DNA from: Eledone cirrhosa
Lineage: Eukaryota
DNA: 64,000 nucleotides
NCBI GenBank assembly: GCA_964016885.1
Contig: OZ024741.1
Span: forward strand, 259,222,001-259,286,000
Direction of reading: 5' to 3'
How positions within the stretch are numbered: the stretch's first letter is position 1; every line of letters starts with the position of its first letter. This document shows, piece by piece, positions 53,534 to 64,000 of this stretch. Under the pieces are notes generated by a model. The model saw nothing but the letters and a program-made list of their open reading frames with translations, made no database searches and was not told the DNA's origin. Both the position numbers and the translations under genes were made by a program.

Positions 53534-54677
53534 TCGTAAGTCGAAACACTCGTAAGTCAGAACACTCGTAAGTCAGAACACTCGTATCGAAACACGTATG
53601 TCAAAACACCCGTAAGTCAAAACACTCGTAAGTCGAAACACTCGTAAGTCGAAACACTCGTAAGCCGAAACAATCGTAAGTCAAAACACTCGTAAGTCGA
53701 AACACTCGTAAGCCGAAAATACTCGTAAGTCGGAACACCCGTAAGCCGAAACCCTCGTAGGTCGGAACACTCGTAAGTCGAAACACTCTTAAGTCGAAAC
53801 ACCCGTAAGTCGAAACACTCGTAAGTCGAAACACCCGTAAGTCGAAACACTCGTAAGTCGAAACACCCGTAAGTCGAAACATCCGTAAGTCAAAACACTC
53901 GTATGTCGAAACACTCGTAAGCCGAAACACTCGTAAGTCGGAACACTCGCAAGTCAGAACACTCGTAAGTCAGAACACTCGTAAGTCGAAACACTCGTAA
54001 GTCGAAACACCCGTAAGTCGAAACGCCCGTAAGTCAAAACACTCGTATGTCGAAACACTCGCAAGCCGAAAAACCGTAAGTCAAAACACTCGTAAGTCGA
54101 AACACTCGTAAATCGAAACACTCGTAAGCCGAAACACTCGTAAGCGAAAACATTCGTTAGTCGAAACACTCGTATCCCGAAACACTCGTAAGTCGAAACA
54201 CTCGAAAGCCGAAACACTCGTAAGTCGAAACACTCATAAGCCGAAACACTCGTAAGTCGGAACACTCGTAAGTCAGAACACCCGTAAATCAGAACACTCG
54301 TAGTCAGAACACTCGTAAGTCGAAACACTCGTAAGCCGAAACACTCGCAAGTCGAAGCACTCGTAATCCGAAACACTCTTAAGTCGAAACACTCGTAAGT
54401 CGGAACACTCGTAAGTCAGAACACTCGTAAGTCAGAACACTCGTAAGTCGAAACACTCGTAAGCCGAAACATCCGTAAGTCAAAACATCCGTAAGTCAAA
54501 ACATTCGTAAGTCGAAACACCCGTAGTCGAAACACTCGCAAGTCGAAACACTCGTAAGTCGAAACACGCGTAAGTCGAAACACATGTAAGTCAAAACACT
54601 CGTAAGTCAAAACACTCGTAAGCCGAAACACTCGTAAGTCGAAACACTCGTAAGTCGAAACACTCGTAAAGCGAAAC

Positions 54678-54746
54678 GTATAAATAAATATTAATGTAAT
54701 GAATTTGAAAAGCATAGAGATTTGAAACCGCGTCTATTTGTTATTT
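54678..54746 (+). repeat. 69-bp element, allele B (copy 23)
   Basis: Matches copy 2. Confidence 0.95.
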
Positions 54747-55554
54747 TCGTAAGTCGAAACACTCGTAAGCCGAAACACTCGTGAGCCGAAACACTCGTAA
54801 GTCGGAACACTCGTAAGTCAGAACACTCGTAAGTCAGAACACTCGTAAGTTAGAACACTCGTAAGTCAGAACACTCGTAAGTCAGAACACTCGTAAGTCG
54901 AAACACTCGTATCGAAACACTCGTATGTCAAAACACCCGTAAGTCAAAACACTCGTAAGTCGAAACACTCGTAAGTCGAAACACTCGTAAGCCGAAACAC
55001 TCGTAAGCCGAAACACTCGTAAGTCGGAACACTCGTAAGTCGGAACACTCGTAAGTCAGAACACTCGTAGGTCAGAACACTCGTAAGTCACAACACTCGT
55101 AAGTCAGAACACTCGTAAGTCGAAACACTCGTATCGAAACACTCGTATGTCAAAACACCCGTAAGTCAAAACACTCGTAAGTCGAAACACTCGTAAGTCG
55201 AAACACTCGTATGTCGAAACATCCGTAAATCAGAACACTCGTAAGTCGAAACACTCGTAAGTCGAAACACTCGTAAGCCGAAACACTCGTAGGTCGAAGC
55301 ACTCGTATCGAAACACTCGTAAGTCGAAACACCCTTAAGTCAAAACACTCGTAAGCCAAAACACTCGTAAGTCGAAACACTCGTAAGTCGGAACACTCGT
55401 AAGTCAGAACACTCGTAAGTCAGAACACTCGTAAGTGGAAACACGCGTAAGTCGAAAGACCCGTAAGTCAAAAATCTCGTAAGTCAAAACACTCGTAAGC
55501 CGAAACACTCGTAAGTCCAAACACTCGAAAGTCGAAACATTCGTAAAGCGAAAC

Positions 55555-55623
55555 GTATAAATAAAGATTAATGTAGTGAACTTGAAAAGCATAGATATTT
55601 GAAACCGCGTCTATTTGTTATTT
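55555..55623 (+). repeat. 69-bp element, allele A variant (copy 24)
   Basis: Allele A with ATGTAGTG in place of ATGTAATG. Confidence 0.95.
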
Positions 55624-56751
55624 TCGTAAGTCGAAACACTCGTAAGTCAGAACACTCGTAAGTCAGAACACTCTTAAGTCAGAACACTCGTATCGAAACA
55701 CGTATGTCAAAACACCCGTAAGTCAAAACACTCGTAAGTCGAAACACTCGTAAGTCGAAACACTCGTAAGCCGAAACAATCGTAAGTCAAAACACTCGTA
55801 AGTCGAAACACTCGTAAGCCGAAAATACTCGTAAGTCGGAACACCCGTAAGCCGAAACCCTCGTAGGTCGGAACACTCGTAAGTCGAAACACTCTTAAGT
55901 CGAAACACCCGTAAGTCGAAACACTCGTAAGTCGAAACACCCGTAAGTCGAAACATCCGTAAGTCAAAACACTCGTATGTCGAAACACTCGTAAGCCGAA
56001 ACACTCGTAAGTCGGAACACTCGCAAGTCAGAACACTCGTAAGTCAGAACACTCGTAAGTCGAAACACTCGTAAGTCGAAACACCCGTAAGTCGAAACGC
56101 CCGTAAGTCAAAACACTCGTATGTCGAAACACTCGCAAGCCGAAAAACCGTAAGTCAAAACACTCGTAAGTCGAAACACTCGTAAATCGAAACACTCGTA
56201 AGCCGAAACACTCGTAAGCGAAAACATTCGTTAGTCGAAACACTCGTAACCCGAAACACTCGTAAGTCGAAACACTCGAAAGCCGAAACACTCGTAAGTC
56301 GAAACACTCATAAGCCGAAACACTCGTAAGTCGGAACACTCGTAAGTCAGAACACCCGTAAATCAGAACACTCGTAGTCAGAACACTCGTAAGTCGAAAC
56401 ACTCGTAAGCCGAAACACTCGCAAGTCGAAGCACTCGTAATCCGAAACACTCTTAAGTCGAAACACTCGTAAGTCGGAACACTCGTAAGTCAGAACACTC
56501 GTAAGTCAGAACACTCGTAAGTCGAAACACTCGTAAGCCGAAACATCCGTAAGTCAAAACATCCGTAAGTCAAAACATTCGTAAGTCGAAACACCCGTAG
56601 TCGAAACACTCGCAAGTCGAAACACTCGTAAGTCGAAACACGCGTAAGTCGAAACACATGTAAGTCAAAACACTCGTAAGTCAAAACACTCGTAAGCCGA
56701 AACACTCGTAAGTCGAAACACTCGTAAGTCGAAACACTCGTAAAGCGAAAC

Positions 56752-56820
56752 GTATCAATAAAGATTAATGTAATGAATTTGAAAAGCATAGAGATTTGAA
56801 ACCGCGTCTATTTGTTATTT
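56752..56820 (+). repeat. 69-bp element, allele B' (copy 25)
   Basis: GTATCAATAAAG variant, as in copy 12. Confidence 0.95.
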
Positions 56821-57644
56821 TCGTAAGTCGAAACACTCGTAAGCCGAAACAATCGTGAGCCGAAACACTCGTAAGTCGGAACACTCGTAAGTCAGAACAC
56901 TCGTAAGTCAGAACACTCGTAAGTTAGAACACTCGTAAGTCAGAACACTCGTAAGTCAGAACACTCGTAAGTCGAAACACTCATATCGAAACACTCGTAT
57001 GTCAAAACACCCGTAAGTCAAAACACTCGTAAGTCGAAACACTCGTAAGTCGAAACACTCGTAAGCCGAAACACTCGAAAGCCGAAACACTCGTAAGTCG
57101 GAACACTCGTAAGTCGGAACACTCGTAAGTCAGAACACTCGTAAGTCAGAACACTCGTAAGTCAGAACACTCGTAAGTCAGAACACTCGTAAGTCGAAAC
57201 ACTCGTATCGAAACACTCGTATGTCAAAACACCCGTAAGTCAAAACACTCGTAAGTCGAAACACTTGTAAGTCGAAACACTCGTATGTCGAAACATCCGT
57301 AAATCAGAACACTCGTAAGTCGAAACACTCGTAAGTCGAAACACTCGTAAGCCGAAACACTCGTAAGTCGAAGCACTCGTATCGAAACACTCGTAAGTCG
57401 AAACACCCTTAAGTCAAAACACTCGTAAGCCAAAACACTCGTAAGTCGAAACACTCGTAAGTCGGAACACTCGTAAGTCAGAACACTCGTAAGTCAGAAC
57501 ACTCGTAAGTGGAAACACGCGTAAGTCGAAAGACCCGTAAGTCAAAAATCTCGTAAGTCAAAACACTCGTAAGCCGAAACACTCGTAAGTCGAAACACTC
57601 GTAAGTCGAAACACTTTTAAGTCGAAACATTCGTAAAGCGAAAC

Positions 57645-57713
57645 GTATAAATAAAGATTAATGTAATGAACTTGAAAAGCATAGATATTTGAAACCGCGT
57701 CTATTTGTTATTT
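57645..57713 (+). repeat. 69-bp element, allele A (copy 26)
   Basis: Matches copy 1. Confidence 0.95.
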
Positions 57714-60170
57714 TCGTAAGTCGAAACACTCGTAAGTCAGAACACTCGTAAGTCAGAACACTCTTAAGTCAGAACACTCGTATCGAAACACGTATGTCAA
57801 AACACCCGTAAGTCAAAACACTCGTAAGTCGAAACACTCGTAAGTCGAAACACTCGTAAGCCGAAACAATCGTAAGTCAAAACACTCGTAAGTCGAAACA
57901 CTCGTAAGCCGAAAATACTCGTAAGTCGGAACACCCGTAAGCCGAAACCCTCGTAGGTCGGAACACTCGTAAGTCAAAACACTCGTAAGTCGAAACATCC
58001 GTAAGTCAAAACACTCGTATGTCGAAACACTCGTAAGCCGAAACACTCGTAAGTCAGAACACTCGTAAGTCAGAACACTCGTAAGTCGAAACACTCATAA
58101 GTCGAAACACTCGTAAGTCGAAACACCCGTAAGTCGAAACACCCGTAAGTCGAAACACTCGTATGTCGAATAACTCGTAAGCCGAAACACCGTAAGTCAA
58201 AACACTCGTAAGTCGAAACACTCGTAAGTCGAAACACCCATAAGCCGAAACATTCGTAAGCCAAAACATTCGTAAGTCGAAACACTCGTAAACCGAAACA
58301 CTCGTAAGCCAAAACATTCGTAAGTCGAAACACTCGTAAGTCGAAACACCCATAGCCGAAACACTTGTAAGTCTGAACACACGTAAGTCAGAACACCCGT
58401 AAGTCAGAACACTCGTAAGTCAGAACACTCGTAAGTCAGAGCACTCGTATCGAAACACTCGTATGTCAAAACACCCGTAAGTCAAAACACTCGTAAGTCG
58501 AAACACTCGTAAGCCGAAACACCGTAAGCCAAAACACTCGTAAGTCGAAACACCCGTAAGTCGGAACACTCGTAAGTCGAAACACTCGTAAGTCGAAACA
58601 CTCGTAAGCCGAAACACTCGTAAGCCGAAACACTCGTAAGTCGGAACACTCGTAAGTCGGAACACTCGTAAGTCAGAACACTCGTAAGTCAGAACACTCG
58701 TAAGTCAGAACACTCGTAAGTCAGAACACTCGTAAGTCGAAACACTCGTATCGAAACACTCGTATGTCAAAACACCCGTAAGTCAAAACACTCGTAAGTC
58801 GAAACACTCGTAAGTCGAAACATTCGTATGTCGAAACATCCGTAAATCAGAACACTCGTAAGTCGAAACACTCGTAAGTCGAAACACTCGTAAGCCGAAA
58901 CACTCGTAAGTCGAAGCACTCGTATCGAAACACTCGTAAGTCGAAACACCCTTAAGTCAAAACACTCGTAAGCCAAAAGACTCGTAAGTCGAAACACTCG
59001 TAAGTCGGAACACTCGTAAGTCAGAACACTCGTAAGTCAGAACACTCGTAAGTGGAAACACGCGTAAGTCGAAACACTCATAAGTCGAAACACTCGTAAG
59101 TCGAAACACCCGTAAGTCGAAACACCCGTAAGTCGAAACACTCGTATGTCGAATAACTCGTAAGCCGAAACACCGTAAGTCAAAACACTCGTAAGTCGAA
59201 ACACTCGTAAGTCGAAACACCCATAAGCCGAAACACTCGTAAGCCAAAACATTCGTAAGTCGAAACACTCGTAAACCGAAACACTCGTAAGCCAAAACAT
59301 TCGTAAGTCGAAACACTCGTAAGTCGAAACACCCATAGCCGAAACACTCGTAAGTCTGAACACACGTAAGTCAGAACAGCCGTAAGTCAGAACACTCGTA
59401 AGTCAGAACACTCGTAAGTCAGAACACTCGTAAGTCAGAGCACTCGTATCGAAACACTCGTATGTCAAAACACCCGTAAGTCAAAACACTCGTAAGTCGA
59501 AACACTCGTAAGCCGAAACACCGTAAGCCAAAACACTCGTAAGTCGAAACACCCGTAAGTCGGAACACTCGTAAGTCGAAACACTCGTAAGTCGAAACAC
59601 TCGTAAGCCGAAACACTCGTAAGCCGAAACACTCGTAAGTCGGAACACTCGTAAGTCGGAACACTCGTAAGTCAGAACACTCGTAAGTCAGAACACTCGT
59701 AAGTCAGAACACTCGTAAGTCAGAACACTCGTAAGTCGAAACACTCGTATCGAAACACTCGTATGTCAAAACACCCGTAAGTCAAAACACTCGTAAGTCG
59801 AAACACTCGTAAGTCGAAACACTCGTATGTCGAAACATCCGTAAATCAGAACACTCGTAAGTCGAAACACTCGTAAGTCGAAACACTCGTAAGCCGAAAC
59901 ACTCGTAAGTCGAAGCACTCGTATCGAAACACTCGTAAGTCGAAACACCCTTAAGTCAAAACACTCGTAAGCCAAAACACTCGTAAGTCGAAACACTCGT
60001 AAGTCGGAACACTCGTAAGTCAGAACACTCGTAAGTCAGAACACTCGTAAGTGGAAACACGCGTAAGTCGAAAGACCCGTAAGTCAAAAATCTCGTAAGT
60101 CAAAACACTCGTAAGCCGAAACACTCGTAAGTCGAAACACTCGTAAGTCGAAACATTCGTAAAGCGAAAC

Positions 60171-60239
60171 GTATAAATAAAGATTAATGTAATGAACTTG
60201 AAAAGCATAGATATTTGAAACCGCGTCTATTTGTTATTT
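60171..60239 (+). repeat. 69-bp element, allele A (copy 27)
   Basis: Matches copy 1. Confidence 0.95.
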
Positions 60240-61367
60240 TCGTAAGTCGAAACACTCGTAAGTCAGAACACTCGTAAGTCAGAACACTCTTAAGTCAGAA
60301 CACTCGTATCGAAACACGTATGTCAAAACACCCGTAAGTCAAAACACTCGTAAGTCGAAACACTCGTAAGTCGAAACACTCGTAAGCCGAAACAATCGTA
60401 AGTCAAAACACTCGTAAGTCGAAACACTCGTAAGCCGAAAATACTCGTAAGTCGGAACACCCGTAAGCCGAAACCCTCGTAGGTCGGAACACTCGTAAGT
60501 CGAAACACTCGTAAGTCGAAACACCCGTAAGTCGAAACACTCGTAAGTCGAAACACCCGTAAGTCGAAACATCCGTAAGTCAAAACACTCGTATGTCGAA
60601 ACACTCGTAAGCCGAAACACTCGTAAGTCGGAACACTCGCAAGTCAGAACACTCGTAAGTCAGAACACTCGTAAGTCGAAACACTCGTAAGTCGAAACAC
60701 CCGTAAGTCGAAACGCCCGTAAGTCAAAACACTCGTATGTCGAAACACTCGCAAGCCGAAAAACCGTAAGTCAAAACACTCGTAAGTCGAAACACTCGTA
60801 AATCGAAACACTCGTAAGCCGAAACACTCGTAAGCGAAAACATTCGTTAGTCGAAACACTCGTATCCCGAAACACTCGTAAGTCGAAACACTCGAAAGCC
60901 GAAACACTCGTAAGTCGAAACACTCATAAGCCGAAACACTCGTAAGTCGGAACACTCGTAAGTCAGAACACCCGTAAATCAGAACACTCGTAGTCAGAAC
61001 ACTCGTAAGTCGAAACACTCGTAAGCCGAAACACTCGCAAGTCGAAGCACTCGTAATCCGAAACACTCTTAAGTCGAAACACTCGTAAGTCGGAACACTC
61101 GTAAGTCAGAACACTCGTAAGTCAGAACACTCGTAAGTCGAAACACTCGTAAGCCGAAACATCCGTAAGTCAAAACATCCGTAAGTCAAAACATTCGTAA
61201 GTCGAAACACCCGTAGTCGAAACACTCGCAAGTCGAAACACTCGTAAGTCGAAACACGCGTAAGTCGAAACACATGTAAGTCAAAACACTCGTAAGTCAA
61301 AACACTCGTAAGCCGAAACACTCGTAAGTCGAAACACTCGTAAGTCGAAACACTCGTAAAGCGAAAC

Positions 61368-61436
61368 GTATAAATAAATATTAATGTAATGAATTTGAAA
61401 AGCATAGAGATTTGAAACCGCGTCTATTTGTTATTT
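61368..61436 (+). repeat. 69-bp element, allele B (copy 28)
   Basis: Matches copy 2. Confidence 0.95.
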
Positions 61437-62244
61437 TCGTAAGTCGAAACACTCGTAAGCCGAAACACTCGTGAGCCGAAACACTCGTAAGTCGGAACAC
61501 TCGTAAGTGAGAACACTCGTAAGTCAGAACACTCGTAAGTTAGAACACTCGTAAGTCAGAACACTCGTAAGTCAGAACACTCGTAAGTCGAAACACTCGT
61601 ATCGAAACACTCGTATGTCAAAACACCCGTAAGTCAAAACACTCGTAAGTCGAAACACTCGTAAGTCGAAACACTCGTAAGCCGAAACACTCGTAAGCCG
61701 AAACACTCGTAAGTCGGAACACTCGTAAGTCGGAACACTCGTAAGTCAGAACACTCGTAAGTCAGAACACTCGTAAGTCAGAACACTCGTAAGTCAGAAC
61801 ACTCGTAAGTCGAAACACTCGTATCGAAGCACTCGTATGTCAAAACACCCGTAAGTCAAAACACTCGTAAGTCGAAACGCTCGTAAGTCGAAACACTCGT
61901 ATGTCGAAACATCCGAAAATCAGAACACTCGTAAGTCGAAACACTCGTAAGTCGAAACACTCGTAAGCCGAAACACTCGTAAGTCGAAGCACTCGTATCG
62001 AAACACTCGTAAGTCGAAACACCCTTAAGTCAAAACACTCGTAAGCCAAAACACTCGTAAGTCGAAACACTCGTATGTCGGAACACTCGTAAGTCAGAAC
62101 ACTCGTAAGTCAGAACACTCGTAAGTGGAAACACGCGTAAGTCGAAAGACCCGTAAGTCAAAAATCTCGTAAGTCAAAACACTCGTAAGCCGAAACACTC
62201 GTAAGTCGAAACACTCGTAAGTCGAAACATTCGTAAAGCGAAAC

Positions 62245-62313
62245 GTATAAATAAAGATTAATGTAATGAACTTGAAAAGCATAGATATTTGAAACCGCGT
62301 CTATTTGTTATTT
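62245..62313 (+). repeat. 69-bp element, allele A (copy 29)
   Basis: Matches copy 1. Confidence 0.95.
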
Positions 62314-63441
62314 TCGTAAGTCGAAACACTCGTAAGTCAGAACACTCGTAAGTCAGAACACTCTTAAGTCAGAACACTCGTATCGAAACACGTATGTCAA
62401 AACACCCGTAAGTCAAAACACTCGTAAGTCGAAACACTCGTAAGTCGAAACACTCGTAAGCCGAAACAATCGTAAGTCAAAACACTCGTAAGTCGAAACA
62501 CTCGTAAGCCGAAAATACTCGTAAGTCGGAACACCCGTAAGCCGAAACCCTCGTAGGTCGGAACACTCGTAAGTCGAAACACTCGTAAGTCGAAACACCC
62601 GTAAGTCGAAACACTCGTAAGTCGAAACACCCGTAAGTCGAAACATCCGTAAGTCAAAACACTCGTATGTCGAAACACTCGTAAGCCGAAACACTCGTAA
62701 GTCGGAACACTCGCAAGTCAGAACACTCGTAAGTCAGAACACTCGTAAGTCGAAACACTCGTAAGTCGAAACACCCGTAAGTCGAAACGCCCGTAAGTCA
62801 AAACACTCGTATGTCGAAACACTCGCAAGCCGAAAAACCGTAAGTCAAAACACTCGTAAGTCGAAACACTCGTAAATCGAAACACTCGTAAGCCGAAACA
62901 CTCGTAAGCGAAAACATTCGTTAGTCGAAACACTCGTAACCCGAAACACTCGTAAGTCGAAACACTCGAAAGCCGAAACACTCGTAAGTCGAAACACTCA
63001 TAAGCCGAAACACTCGTAAGTCGGAACACTCGTAAGTCAGAACACCCGTAAATCAGAACACTCGTAGTCAGAACACTCGTAAGTCGAAACACTCGTAAGC
63101 CGAAACACTCGCAAGTCGAAGCACTCGTAATCCGAAACACTCTTAAGTCGAAACACTCGTAAGTCGGAACACTCGTAAGTCAGAACACTCGTAAGTCAGA
63201 ACACTCGTAAGTCGAAACACTCGTAAGCCGAAACATCCGTAAGTCAAAACATCCGTAAGTCAAAACATTCGTAAGTCGAAACACCCGTAGTCGAAACACT
63301 CGCAAGTCGAAACACTCGTAAGTCGAAACACGCGTAAGTCGAAACACATGTAAGTCAAAACACTCGTAAGTCAAAACACTCGTAAGCCGAAACACTCGTA
63401 AGTCGAAACACTCGTAAGTCGAAACACTCGTAAAGCGAAAC

Positions 63442-63510
63442 GTATAAATAAATATTAATGTAATGAATTTGAAAAGCATAGAGATTTGAAACCGCGTCTA
63501 TTTGTTATTT
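63442..63510 (+). repeat. 69-bp element, allele B (copy 30)
   Basis: Matches copy 2. Confidence 0.95.
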
Positions 63511-64000
63511 TCGTAAGTCGAAACACTCGTAAGCCGAAACACTCGTGAGCCGAAACACTCGTAAGTCGGAACACTCGTAAGTCAGAACACTCGTAAGTCA
63601 GAACACTCGTAAGTTAGAACACTCGTAAGTCAGAACACTCGTAAGTCAGAACACTCGTAAGTCGAAACACTCGTATCGAAACACTCGTATGTCAAAACAC
63701 CCGTAAGTCAAAACACTCGTAAGTCGAAACACTCGTAAGTCGAAACACTCGTAAGCCGAAACACTCGTAAGCCGAAACACTCGTAAGCCGAAACACTCGT
63801 AAGTCGGAACACTCGTAAGTCAGAACACTCATAAGTCAGAACACTCGTAAGTCAGAACACTCGTAAGTCGAAACACTCGTAAGCCGAAACACCGTAAGTC
63901 GAAACACCCGTATGTCGAAACACTCGTAAGCCGAAACACTCTTAAGTCGAAACACTCATAAGCCGAAACACTCGTAAGTCGGAACACTCGTAAATCAGAA

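Larger units (their letters stand above)
50290..62390 (+). repeat. Long-range duplicate of about 13.2-24.3 kb (offset ~37.1 kb, then 38,078 bp)
   Basis: Same module order and shared rare variants (AAACAGTCAT at ~13291 and ~50357; B' element at 19609 and 56752; ATCGAAGCACTCGTATG at ~23745 and ~61823). Boundaries are approximate. Confidence 0.75.
51240..63700 (+). repeat. Second insert-bearing domain (HOR-1, ~2.07 kb), interrupted by a HOR-2-type segment at about 58.0-59.7 kb
   Basis: 11 copies of the 69-bp element. A-to-A periods in uninterrupted runs are 2074, 2090, 2090 and 2074 bp. Same marker order as the 6-29 kb domain. Confidence 0.9.
1..64000 (+). repeat. 16-bp tandem satellite array, consensus GTAAGTCGAAACACTC, about 3,900 head-to-tail monomers, running off both window ends
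   Basis: Visible throughout: GTAAG[T/C]C[G/A][A/G]AACAC[T/C]C recurs every 16 bp, with occasional 14- and 15-bp monomers. No reverse-orientation block was seen. Copy number is estimated from length (64,000 minus 30 inserts, divided by ~16). Confidence 0.99.

Noticed and set aside
217-63479. Several hundred minus-strand ORFs of 60-162 aa (MFRLTSVSTYECFDLRVF...)
   Set aside because: They are translations of the 16-bp repeat. The same peptide appears in all three overlapping frames, most starts are GTG/TTG, 14- and 15-bp monomers shift frames freely, and no domain is recognisable.
1-64000. Telomerase-type telomeric repeat
   Set aside because: There is no G-run-rich strand, and kilobase-scale inherited variant patterns with interspersed elements indicate recombinational amplification rather than templated addition. 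A satellite-type chromosome end cannot be excluded without positional data.
1-64000. Purely synthetic or error-generated repeat
   Set aside because: Rare variants recur in fixed order across distant copies and form nested lineages, which random error would not produce. Exact copy number and block order could still be mis-assembled.

Overview
The whole 64-kb window is one head-to-tail satellite array with no recognisable gene. The monomer is 16 bp (consensus GTAAGTCGAAACACTC, roughly 3,900 copies by length estimate), and I saw no inversion. Every listed ORF is an artefact: the minus strand of the consensus has no stop codon in any frame. The array is organised at several scales: recurring monomer variants, ~0.3-kb modules, and two higher-order repeat (HOR) families in alternating domains. 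HOR-1 is ~2.07 kb and carries two copies (alleles A and B) of a constant 69-bp AT-rich non-satellite element (30 copies, at 6.2-29.1 kb and 51.4-63.5 kb). HOR-2 is ~4.7 kb and lacks the element (1-6.2 kb and 29.1-51.4 kb). Multi-kb blocks are duplicated at offsets of ~37-38, ~44 and ~47 kb. The two best leads are (i) the regularly spaced 69-bp element, which carries TATA-like, poly(A)-signal-like and hairpin features, and (ii) the monomer's resemblance, from memory only, to subterminal repeats of pogo/Tigger DNA transposons, which would make this a transposon-derived and possibly centromeric binding-site array. It looks like eukaryotic satellite DNA, but the host cannot be determined from the sequence.
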